Assembly: GCA_020137815.1 (NCBI GenBank) | Contig: CM035360.1 | Span: 6,820,001-6,884,000, forward strand | Reading direction: 5' to 3' | From: Hormiphora californensis | Lineage: Eukaryota; Animalia; Ctenophora | DNA length: 64,000 nt | Part shown: positions 34,906 to 47,512 of the stretch, one piece after another | How the letters are laid out: each line of letters starts with the position of its first letter | Position numbering within the stretch: the first letter of the stretch is position 1 | Notes under the pieces: generated by a model | Told to the model about the DNA's origin: nothing | Seen by the model: only the letters and a program-made list of their open reading frames with translations | The model's database searches: none | Made by a program: the position numbers and the translations under genes

Positions 34906-35853
34906 CAGATAATTTACAGAGTGTCACGTGACAATATATTTTGGTAATGGCTCGAGACAAACACACTCGTGTGTCTCCATTAACCATCCTCTACTGTACA
35001 AGCTACTACTGGTGATCACCACCATTTCATTACATGTTTATGGGGCTCTATTTAGTGTTTATCTCTCCCTAGACCTCCTGCCCCTAGACCTACTACCCCT
35101 AGACCTCCTACCCCCCCCCCCCCCCCCCCCGTTTATCCAGACAGGATTACTATAATACGATATCATATCTTACTACTTACTAGATACGGTATAATATATC
35201 TCCATGGATAAGATATCTGCACAACTGCAGAGGACCATAGTTAGGTGCGTCATTACCCTCTCTTTTTACGAGAGACAGATACGGAACAACACCCCCGCCT
35301 CTAACTATTCTCTGATGATATTATATCAGTATCTCATTTTACTATCACTCCCCTAACTGCTCCTAACTTCATTTAATATAATGTCCGCAGCTAGTTCAAG
35401 TGAAATGCCACCTGAGACGCAGGATCAGTGCACATGTGAGTGGCAGTGGTGCACTATCACATGTGTGCAGGGGGGATTACTATATTAAAGGAAAGGAGGA
35501 ATTTACTAGGTCAAGACTTGTTACAATGGGGATGATTTATATCGACCGTTGTGTCTCCAAACCACCACGAGAGACATACATTATATGGGACACCCTGTAT
35601 AATAGTGGACCACAACTCATTCAGAAGGAGCTCACTCATGGTTTCAACATTTCGTGATCAGTCATATTATTGTTCGAAAATAGGGGGCAGTCGGTTTTAG
35701 GAAAGATACTGCATCTAAATAAAATACTGGACAATCTATAATGTCAGTCAATCAGTCCCCCGAACAAATGTCACATTATAGTCTCATGCAGTTAATCCTT
35801 GGGTCACGGGTCATGCACTGTCATGTTGTGTGTCACATCATTGTCGGTATACC

Positions 35854-38800
35854 TCACATTTTCCTCTTCTTGTCGGGATGGAGGGGGTGTCCAGCAGGTC
35901 TATTCTCTTTCATCACTTCCCAACGGGGTATGTGAGTTGGGGCAGTGCGATGGGATCGCCTTAGAACCCTGAGGGACACGAGGGGGATATGTTAGAAGCC
36001 CTTGGGGGACTGTCATCTCAGAATGATAAATTATTGAAGTCTGTCCTGATTAATCTATAGGCTAAAATAAGCTGGCCTAACTCCAAAGAGGAACGTACCT
36101 ACCTACCATGATGAGGTCGGCCGCCAGCAGCAGTGCCCTCTATTCCTCGTCTGGTCCTGTAAGAAATGTGAAAGTAGATAAAAAGAGGAGAGATGGATTG
36201 AAAGAGAGGTAAAGAAGATTACTCCACTGTCAGAACATTGACCCTATTCTCAGCGAGAAGAGTGGTCATAGCATTGGCCTGACAGCTACTCCACCCTTGG
36301 AATAATATGGATAGAGGAGGACAATAAAGGGTAGCAGGGGAGGAGTAGTGGGATTAGAAAGGACACAAAGGGGGGCAATTGTCCATGAATAATTCAGTAA
36401 AAAACAGTAGTCATCAGTCAATTCGGTCCAGTGAAAACAATACCCCCTCGAGAGATAATGCGAGATAATGACTAATTATGTTGGGGTAGTTATGTTAATG
36501 TTTCAGATTTAAGGAGATGATATGAACAAGAGCAACAACGTAGTTTCACTGCTCACATAATCACTGTATACCACTTGACCAAATATACTGAGATTCAAAA
36601 TACTGAGATTCAAAGTCAAGGAGCTCTGTTTCTAATTGTGAAACTTCTCAACACAAGGGGATTTCATCACAATGGGATTTCAAATCTCTACCTTTTCTTG
36701 GCATCATCATCATCACCTGTTAGTTTGTTTACCATTCTTCTAAAGAAGCTGAAAAGAGAGATAGATGGAGAGATGCATGATAGCAATTAATCTAATCAAT
36801 GGATCTAATCAATGGATAAAAGTATGGAAATTTTTTAGGAATAACATACCCAGATGCACTGAAAGGAACTGGTCTTTTCTTCCGCTTCCTTCGTGTCTTT
36901 TTCTTCTTCTTGGGGGTTTCTTCCTCTTCATCTTCCTCGACCTTTTCAACTTTCTTTTTCTCTTTCTGCTTCTTCTTTTTAGCCCCTTCTTTCTTCTCTT
37001 CTTCCTTCTCATCTTCATGTTTCTCAGTTTTCTCTGACTTCTTCGTCTTTTCTACCACGACCTTCTTGACAGTGTGGTTCTTGTGGAATGTGATCTTCGC
37101 CTTCTTTACAACCACATGTTTAGACTTGACTTTCTTCACCACCTTTACACTACTATCAGCATGTTTCCTCTCCTTCTGGCAGTTTCGGGCGTATAGCTGC
37201 TGTAAAAACTTGCAATACGTCCTCCTCAGTCTACACCGGGAGTTACATTCCCTCTTCTCACACACCCCAATCTTCCTCTTTATCATTCCGCACCTCTGTT
37301 TCCGAACCGAGGCAACATACGATCTGCATGCCGATATTTCCTTCTTGTGCGTCTCTCTACACTCTGCAACTACCACCTGATGACATCGTTCCTTGGTGAG
37401 ATTCACACAGGTCTTTATGTTGCTATGGTAACAAGAACTGAATTTAGACCGGGCTATGGAACACGGATTGGAAGAACGCCTAGTGCCATGGGTTGATGAG
37501 GAACTGCAATAGTAGGTGTTTACTTGTTTAATCTTCTGGCACTCAGGGGAGTTAGAAGAACCACATGATTGTGCCTGGGATGTCACATCAAGGCAGACTA
37601 TTCTCGAATAAAACCGGAGGAAGCACAACGTTCTCAGCGTCTTGAATCGATCTTGACACTTGACCGATTTACACTTGCGCTTCCGTTGTAGGGAATTGAC
37701 GTGACTGTGACATTTCCGATATCGAGATACTAGAGCCTTGGTTTCTTTACTTCTTTTAACTGGAGGTACTTTCAAATTCAGGTTCCCAGAAGACTTGGTG
37801 CGAATAACAACCTTCTGTTTACAGCATCGTCTAATGATGAGTTTTACTTTCTTGCAAATCAGTGCTGTCCTGGCTGACTGTCTCTTGCAGTGTTTCAAAT
37901 TGGAACACCTTCTCTCCATCCCCTCACACCGTGTCCTCAGGTTGATCAGTGCGGGGCAGGAGTTGTTCTCTCTTGTCCTATCACATACCTCCCTCACGCT
38001 CGACTTCTTCTTCTTGTTCTTTGGGAACCCCTTACAACACAATTCTGAGTCCTTGTGAGTTCTCCGTACCAACAAATCACACATCCTGTACTTCTCACTG
38101 GTTCGTTTACAGGTACCGGAGTAGTAGCAGTTGAACAGGAGATTAGAGCAGACAATTCTCCGTCTACACACCTTAACTCGCAGTCGCTCCTTCAAACGGC
38201 ACTGTCCAGGCTTAGGATTCTTCACGAAACTAATCTCCCTCATATAGGACCTGCAGCACTTTCTTCTGATACCCAACGCCCAGACACATTGGGGTTTGTC
38301 TCCTTTGAGGCAGTCATTAACAGATTTTACTCCTTGTTTGCGACACTGGAACATTCTTTCAATGCATCTATCTGCAACTCTCACAACTTTAGGGCATGTC
38401 CCTTTGTGGCACTTATTCTTATCAAACCTCTTCCTTTTCCTCCTTCCTTTCCCTCTCCTGACTCCCCAGCAACAGCTCCTGGACAATTTCAGAGCCTGCA
38501 TACAAACTGCCTGGTACATTCCCAGACACTTTCCAATGTCCATCACCCCGTTACGATGGCACCAGTCTACCCTCTTTCTGCACTGCCCAGCCACATGTCT
38601 AACATTTGGGCACTGGCTTATGTCACACTTTCTCCCACGGCTTCTGACACGCCGTTCAGTCTTGTGCTTTCCTTTAGAAAACTTGCTGGGCGTTCTTCTA
38701 GGTGGAACAAAGGTGGCACAGCATCGACGATTGTAGATAAGGAGCTTCAAGCACAACCTAGTATGCCTACCAAAACACTGGCCAGCGTGTTTTACACCCT

Positions 38801-41800
38801 TCCGTTCGCACAGTGCCCATCGTCTCCTACACACTCTGACAGCCCTTCGGACAAGAGGACATTTTGAGCGTTTACATCGGTTTACTGTGGCTACATAACA
38901 CCTTCTTCCAAGTAATTTGTTGCAAATACGACACTTCTTTCCTCTACAGGTCACTTTTGGAGGGCTATGGACAACGGCAGATGGTTTTGGTGTTGTTTTA
39001 CTTTTTCCTTCGCAGCACTTCTTACTGTAGATGAATAGTTTCAAACACAATCTTCCTCTACGACCGAAACATTGTCCCAAAGACTTCACTCCTCTTCGCT
39101 GGCATTGTTTCCATCTACTCAGGCAAGCTCTAGCTCCTCTCTGGGCTGCAGGACAGACGGATGCTTTACACTTTCTGATAGTGGATTGTAAGCACTTCCT
39201 TCCACGGCCGGATATAACAACGCACAGCTCACATTTAGAGCCCTTACACTTGACTACAGGCGGGTCTGGCATACCCCGATGAGCTAACTTTACAGGCTGT
39301 ATTTTGGGACGTTCCTGCCTTCCGTTACAGCATTTCTTATTGTAGATAAGGAGCTTCAAACACAACCTAGTACGCCTACCAAAACACTGACCGGCGTGTC
39401 TCACGCCCTTCCGTTCGCACAGTGCCCATCGTCTCCTACAAACCCGAACAGCCCTTCGAACAAGAGGACATTTTGAGCGTTTACATCGGTTTACTGTGGC
39501 TACATAGCACCTTCTTCCAAGTAACTTGTTGCAAACACGACACTTTCTGCCTCTACAGGTCACTTTTGGAGGGCTATGAACAATTGCAGATGGTTTTGGG
39601 GCTGATTTATGTTTTCTCGGTCTTGATTTACGTTTTCCTTCGCAGCACTTCTTACTGTAGATGAATAGTTTCAAACACAATCTCCCTCTACGACCGAAAC
39701 ACTGCTTCAAGGTCTTTACACCCCTTCTCTTGCATTGTTTCCACCTGTTTAGGCAAGCTGTTGCCCCTCTCTGGGCAGCAGGACAAACTGAGTCTTTGCA
39801 CTGTTTAACAGTCGATCTAAAGCACCGCCTACCAAATCTAGTATCAACACAGAGTTTACACAGGGAACCGTGACAGGTCACAGTCGGTGGATGGGGCATA
39901 CGCTGCTGTGAAGTTGATTTAGATGTAGATGGTCTCTTTTCAGTTGACCTCTTGTGCTTTCCATCACAGCAGACAACCCTGTACTTGAGAAGCTTGAAAC
40001 AGACATCATGGTACATGCCCAGACATGTCCTTGGGTCTCTAATTCCCCTTCTGGAGCACCTCTGCAAGGCACGAACACACTTCCCAGTGAGTTTCCTGGC
40101 ACGGGGACATAACCCAGGTTTACAGGAAGGTCGTGGTGTAGCCGCTATCTTCTCTGCCGAACAGCAGGTCGCGTTATATGCAATCAGCTTACCACACACT
40201 CTCCTGTGGATGCATTTAGAGGTTTTACAGGCTGCTACGCACTTGGCTGCGTACTTACTGACCATCAGACAATCCAATTTCTTTCTGCACATCTTGGGCT
40301 CAGAATCGGACACTTTTGGAGAGGATGAAGGGGTCGGGGGAGATTTCACGTGCTTGCAGCAGGTTCTTCTGTACTCTGACAACTTAAGACACACGTCAGT
40401 GTATCGTCCTAAACAGCGGTGCAACCCTTTCACTCCCTTTCTGTTACACTCGGCCATCCTAACTCGACACTGAGTCTCATATCTCCTCACCACTACACAC
40501 CGAGAAGGGTGCAGGCAGGGTCTCCTGGGACAGCAGGCACGTCTGTAATGAAGGACCTTTGTGCACACTGGGAAATATGGACCCAAACAGCGGGAGGGTG
40601 AGAGTTCCCCACCGTACCGGCATGTCCTGATTCTTTCTAGACAGAGCCGGGACACACGATGAACAGCGTCACATCTCCGGGGCTTGGGGCACTTTTTATT
40701 CCTCCTGGAAGATGGAGAGTAGTGTCGGTGAGGACGGGATGGAGAGTATCGTGGTCGGGATGGTGGTATCACTCGGCAGCACCGATGTGAGTGTCTGATC
40801 AATCTGAAACAAACAGATCGGTCTCGTCCCAGACAAGGGCCGAGGTTCTTCCTCCCTGCCCTGATACATGCTCTGAGCCTGTTCTTGCAGATAGCCGTGT
40901 GGCGAGCGTATGCTCCTCTACACTTCCTCGCATCACAGTGTGGATGGGCTGGTTTACGGGAGCGATGGGAGGGATATCTGGAGTGATATCTGGAGGGGTA
41001 CCTAGAGGAGGAGTTGCAACACTTGTGGTTGTAGATAAACAGCTTCAAGCAAAGCTGTGCGTGTCTCCCGAAACACCTAACAGGGTGTGTTATTCCCTTT
41101 CTATGGCAAACCTCCAAACGGTTTCGGCACATAGCGGCACCTCGTGTTGCAGCATGACATTTGTTAGCGAGACACCTCCTGACCGTTGCTACGTAGCACC
41201 GAGGTCCAATTGTGGAGCTACACACACGACAACGGGAACCACGACACTCAACCCTGTACTTGGGAGATGGGCGAGATGTGGGGTATTTGGGATGTCGTCT
41301 AGTACAGCAGTAATGTCGGTACACAGATAACTTGAGACAGAAGTTTCTGTGGCGACCAAGACACCGGGATGGCGACTTGACACCATGTCTCCTACACCTT
41401 CTGATCCGTCTCACACAGACATCCAGACCTCTTTGAACAAGGGGGCACCGGGAGGGTCTACAGGAGGACTTGGAGACACGGATAACTAGACACTTCTTGG
41501 TGGGATCATGACGGCAAATACGACACTTCCCACCTCCACACCTAACACGACCTTGTCTCCTCCTCATCCTTCTACTACTACCATTCCTGGTACACCTCCA
41601 TTTCCTGCCCACTCTGTGGCACTTCACAGGTTGTCGACTGTGGGGTGCGAATCCTAGACAGCACTGCCGACGATAGACAATCAGTTTTAGACAGAGGTTT
41701 CTATGACGGCCAAGACACTTCGAAACACTCTTGATGCCATGTCGTTTACACTTGCCTAGTCTGATGAAACAAGCCTTTGCCCCTCGGGTTACTAAAGCAC

Positions 41801-44800
41801 ACTTGGACCTATCACATTTTCCAACCTTGGATACGTAGCACTTTCTGGCTCCACGTCTACGTCTCCTGCAAACTCGACACCTACCTCTTCGACATCTCAC
41901 TCGCTGCCTTCTACGACGTCTGATGGGATAAGATGGTCGCCTAGTTCGGGAGCAGGTTCCTCTCCTTCTAAAGCCTCGGCAACAGTGTTTCTTGTAGGCA
42001 ACAAGTTTCAGACACAAGTTTTTGTGGCGTCCCAGGCACTGTGATAAAGATCTGATGCCGTGTCTCCAGCACCTTCTCAACCTAGTAGCACAGGCACAGG
42101 CACCCCTGGAGACAATACCACATTTTGATTTGTCACACCTTGTTATATGAGACACGTAACATCTTCTGGAACGTCGTCTTCTTCTTCGACAAATTCGACA
42201 CCTTCCACGTCGACAGCGAACTCTAGCAACACGATAACGCCGTCTCCTACGTCGACGTCGTCGATTTCTGTAACGAGGTCTTCTTGAACGTCGTCTGCTA
42301 CACGTCCCTCTAGTGCCTCGACAACAGTGTTTCTTGTAGGCGACTAGTTTGAGACACAAGTTCCTGTACCTACCCAGACATCGGGAGAGAGATCTAACAC
42401 CGTGTCTCCAACATTTCTTTAGTCTAGCTGCACAGGCACAAGCACCTCGAGACACTATGCCACACTTTGATCTATCACATCTCCCAACACCAGATCTATA
42501 ACACTTTCTTCGTGTCATACCACTTCTTCTTCTTCTTCTTCTATACCTGGTACACACACGACATCTCCTACCACGACACCTCATCCTAGGTCTACTTCTT
42601 CTTCTTCTCATCCTGCGTTTTCGTGAACAAGTTCCTGGTCTTGAAATACCTCGACAACAGTGTTTCTTGTAGGCGACTAGTTTGAGACACAAGTTCCTGT
42701 ACCTACCCAGACATCGGGAGAGAGATCTAACTCCGTGTCTCCAGCACTTCTTTAGTCTAGCTGCACAGGCACATGCACCTCGAGACACTATACCACACTT
42801 TGACCTATCACACCTCCCAACACCAGATCTATAACACTTTCTTCTAACCGTCCCACTTCTTCTTCTTCTATACCTGGTACACACACGACATCTCCTACCA
42901 CGACACCTCATCCTAGGTCTCCTTCTTTTTCTTCTTCTTCGTGAACAAGTTCCTGGTCTTGAAATACCTCGGCAACAGTGTTTCTTGTAAGCAACAAGTT
43001 TCAGACACAAGTTTTTATGGCGTCCCAGGCACTGTGATAAAGATCTGATGCCATGTCTCCAGCACCTTCTCAACCTAGTAGCACAGGCACAGGCACCCCT
43101 GGAGACAATACCACATTTTGATTTGTCACACCTTGTTATATGAGACACGTAACACCTTCTGTAACGTCGTCTTCTTCTTCGACAAATTCGACACCTTCCA
43201 CGTCGAAAGCGAACTCTAGCAACACGATAACGCCGTCTTCGCCGTCTCCTACGTCGATTTCTGTAACGATGCCTTCTGAAACGTCGTCTCCCACACGTCC
43301 CCCTAGTACCTCGACAACAGTGTTTCTTGTAGGCGACTAGTTTGAGACACAAGTTCCTGTACCTACCCAGACATCGGGAGAGAGATCTAACTCCGTGTCT
43401 CCAACACTTCTTTAGTCTAGCTGCACAGGTACAAGCACCTCGAGACACTATACCACACTTTGACCTGTCACACCTCCCAACACGAGATCTATAGCACTTT
43501 CTTCTAACCGTCCCACTTCTTCTTCTTCGATACCTGGTACAAAAACGACATCTCCTACCACGACACCTCATCCTAGGTCTCCTTCTTCTTCTCCTTCTTC
43601 TTCTTCTTCTTCTTCTCATCCTGCGTCTCCTTCTCCTGCACCTCCTACCACATTTGAGTTTACCGCACCTTTTAGCCAGTGCAATGACCCTCTTACAGAC
43701 CATAACATTCCTCTGATAACAAGAGTCCCTCTTGCACCTGGCAACCATGGCAACGCATCTCCTCTCGTACCTAACAACCCTTTCACAAACCCTGACAAAC
43801 CTCCGGTGCCTCTGAAGTGCCCTACATGAGGACACAACTCTCAGAGCATCCTTACAAATACCAACATACCGGACCCCACAAATCTCCTCCCCACGGTGGG
43901 TCTTGCAGTATTGTATCAGGTGTAGACACCGTGTCTCCCGGACCATGATACGACGACACCCAATCAGTACCTGTCTGCTGTATCTAGCAGGACGTCGAGG
44001 TACTGGGTGCTTACGGTATCGACGTCTACGGCCACGAGAACCGTAGCGTCGTCTACGGCGGGAATGATGGCGACGTCTATGACGGCGGGGACGGCGACAT
44101 GCCCGAATCAGACGGTGACAAATAGAGACCACTCTCCTGCTGCAGTTCCGGGTCCGAGAACACTTCCTAAGGTATTTAGTACACCTCCGGGTATAATGGG
44201 AGAGTTGTCGACATCTTCTTCTTCTTTCTGCCCTCGTAATACCTCCTCTCCTTCCTCGCCTCATCTTCCTTTTTCTTCGTCGCCTGATTTTCTTAACAAT
44301 GACCTGGCACTGCGTGTACTGCTGAGTAACTCTAGCACAACCACGTGTCTGGGGGCACCCTGGACACCTTCTAACCAGTGTCCTGCACCTCCCCGCCCTC
44401 CTGATAACACCTCTACACCGCGCCCTCATCCTCCTAGTTCTACACCTCCTGTAGACCCTCCTGCACTGGTATCTGGTGTGGTGGTGGTTGTTACACCTAG
44501 TGTACCGTGTAACACATGACGGTCTAGTGTTACTAGTGTTACTGCACCTCTTAGCTAACTGTTCAACCTTCCTGCACGTGTTTCTAATCCTCACACACTG
44601 TGGAGATGTGTTACCCCTGCAATGGCCCACTGCCCCTGAACACCGCGCCTGGTAGTGCCGCACTACCGGTGAACAGGGGCCCATCCGCCGACTCCTCTTT
44701 CTCCGGGCATGGTGACAGTGGGTCCTGTGGTGTTTGTTGTAAGCAGAGAACACCCGTTCACACCGGTCTTTAAGTCGAGCAAGACACCTCTTTCTCTCGT

Positions 44801-46317
44801 CTTCTAAATCAAGTGTATGACATTTCCTGGTCTCTTTTAGACACACTTCCCTGTATCTGGTTAGTTTGACACAGAACTTCTCCTCTTTTGAGTTGTTTGC
44901 GGAGGATGATGGCTGTGTTTGTGAAGGAGCACAGGAGTGCTTGTGCTGATTGTATAGTCGGAATACTGTTAAACAGTCAGCTTTGTACTTGTTCAGACAG
45001 GTTGTCCTTGCTTTGTCTTTGTACAAGTTACACGCTAGGATCTTCATGTAGCACCTATCATGGGCCCTCTTGAGAACAGTACATGCCTTCTTTCTTCTCT
45101 CAACAGACAGCTGTTTTGAGGGTAGTGGGAGGCCTTTCTTTACTTTACTGGATCTGTAGAAGCACTCAATATACTGCCAATTCACATAACCACATCTGAA
45201 CTCAACCTCCCGGATACACTTTCGTGTTTTACCACACATCTGCATTCTAGCTAGGCATGCTATCTCTTCCTTCTCAACGGCACTACAGAAGGCGCTAAAC
45301 ACCGGTTTAGGGTTGTCGCCGTGACAGTAGTGACGGGAAACATAGAGATTTGTAACACACCCTCCCCCGACCTTCACAAAACACTTTCTTCTCTCAGCCT
45401 CAGGGAGGTGGGAACAACCCTGGGCTCTAACCCTACAATCCTGTACAGCGAGATCACTCTTTTTACACTCTTTAACACCATGAGGCACCTTGCAACCCTC
45501 TGCTATCTTCTTCTCAGCTTGTTGACCTAACTCATTCATCCTACCCTCGATGTTACATCTGATGTCTTTAGGATGCTCCTCACAGTGAACAGATAACCTA
45601 ACTGCAACTGCTTTAGTAACCACTAACCGGGCACACTGCTTACCATTGTGAGCTGTCCCAAAACACTCACTAGTCTCGTTTCAGACAGTATCCTGAGATA
45701 AAGTGCCTGCAGGAGGTTTTGGTACAGCGGACACCGTGTTGTACACCAGTCATCTCATTTAACTGGTAACACCTCCCATCCCTACAGACACTCTTCTGTT
45801 GTTTGCTGGGGTGGAAACACACGAAACCCTTTAGTTTGTGTGAATAGGCACAGACCTTCCGATAGGAACACTGGATAGTCTCATTTTGGGTCTTCCAGCA
45901 CCGGACTTTGGCCTTTCCACACCCCTTACACTGGTTCGAACACTGGTATCCACCATCTTTAAACCTACACACCTTCGTCTTCCCATCCCCTGTTGTAATT
46001 CTTAGGTAGTCCGCTCTGATCAACCGGCCTTGTTGGTCCTTTGTGTAAATTTGGAGGTCATTAGAGTGGAAATTAACGTGGGATGCATCTGATACGCGTT
46101 GACACTTTTCCCTTGTGACATATTAGGATGGTCTTCTTTGTAGGTTTGTTTGTCTGTCCCTTGTCTGTCAGTGATTGTCCTGGAAGAAAGGTGTGTCTGT
46201 CTAGGTCGGGAGGGGAGTGTGGAAATTGGGACTGGGGAGTAGTAGAGACGGGAGGAACGGATTGAGACAAATGACAAACTTACCAAAAAGGACAAAGAAT
46301 AGCAACCAAAGTTTCAT
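35854..46317 (-). CDS. Giant (~3,195 aa) secreted Cys/Arg/Lys-rich tandem-module protein of unknown function
   Basis: Exons 46317-46284, 46179-36850, 36748-36692, 36156-36103, 35968-35854, with canonical splice sites. Signal peptide MKLWLLFFVLFGQSLT; 2,943-codon uninterrupted ORF inside exon 2. Removing one base from runs at 46080-46082 and 45679-45681 joins the upstream ORFs in frame. Confidence 0.85.
36227..36285. mobile_element. Mini-MITE (CTGTCAG TIR, ~8-bp TSD), intronic
   Basis: Reverse-oriented relative of 19607-19685; flanks ttactcca/ctactcca. Confidence 0.6.
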
Positions 46318-47512
46318 CTCCCCAATTCACATATCCAGACAGATTAGACCATCATCGTAGCTACTATACTGCACAACTCTTGCTAAACACTAGAAAACAA
46401 AACGAACATTAGATTCGACTTGTTGTACGTACAACTAGAAGAAACAAAATCGTTTTGAAAACGGAGAGTGGAGACCGATATAACTTAGATCAAGGAACCA
46501 GACAAGATTAGTTACATTCATGGTACGATAGTTATACACACAACTGATAAATGCTGCCACAAACAATTATCTCTATACCCACACATACACAGCAAAAAGT
46601 CTTCAACTTCTCAAAACCAGGCGGCTCAAGATCACCATGTGGGGGAGGGAGAACCCGCGCCGCGCGGGACACAACAAGATGCCACTGATCTATCTCACCA
46701 CAAGAGATGCCCCGCGCGCTACTGTGAGTGCTGAGACCTGGTTTGAATCTGATGGAGATGATGATGGCGGCGGCGTGAGATGTGTGCAATGAAACATCTT
46801 ACTCAGCCGATCTGCTTTGTAGCATCACTACCATTGAGAGTATAGTGACCTCCTACTGTAGTAGTCAATCCTGGCCAGTAGCCAACTTTTCATTTTCACA
46901 GTCATACATGTCGCAGAGACACAAGGTACATGTTTGTGGGACATGTTAATGTGAAACATACCTTTCTCTCCAAATTGCCAAGCATGTGAATTGTGCTGCT
47001 GCCCCGGGGCACTTGTATCGTGCTCAAATACATCACACTCGCTGGATCTCGTTCTTTCAGAATCCAGCACACATGCATATTGACATGCAGCGTTCCGATA
47101 TAGAAAGCACTATTATACGGAGAGAGATAATGGGTTAATTTGCCGGTAATTGCAGTAGACAGTAGTATCTATAGCTTAGTTACTATAGCAACACAGCTAT
47201 AGAAAAAAGATAGAGGGAAAGAAAGAGACACAAGTAGTACGAATAATAAAACGACGTGATTTCGGAATCAAAATCTGTACACTGTACAACTGTTTATACA
47301 TTACACCATTTCCAAACGTGGTAAATATATATTGATTGAATTGTTTTCGACGTTAAAAACGTTTTAAATCTAAATGTTAATCTGAAAGATTTCACAGTCC
47401 ATGCTGATATATTCTCCCCTATCCCTCATATCATGTCCCTTTACTTGTCCCTTCTCTCCCAATGACTCTCCCAATGACTAGATAAGGAGATCCCCTCCCC
47501 TCTCTCCCATAA

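Noticed and set aside
36222-36297. Extra open exon of the giant gene
   Set aside because: The sequence is a mini-MITE also present at 19607-19685, and the flanking exons already join in phase without it.
36910-45530. Plus-strand ORFs overlapping the giant gene
   Set aside because: Antisense shadows of a biased, repetitive coding strand; no motifs or splice structure.
36792-45623. Protamine-like nuclear protein, or an ORF arising from simple repeats
   Set aside because: A signal-peptide exon, regularly spaced 8-Cys modules and in-phase downstream exons indicate a genuine secreted protein. The ORF-track start and stop are not the true ends.
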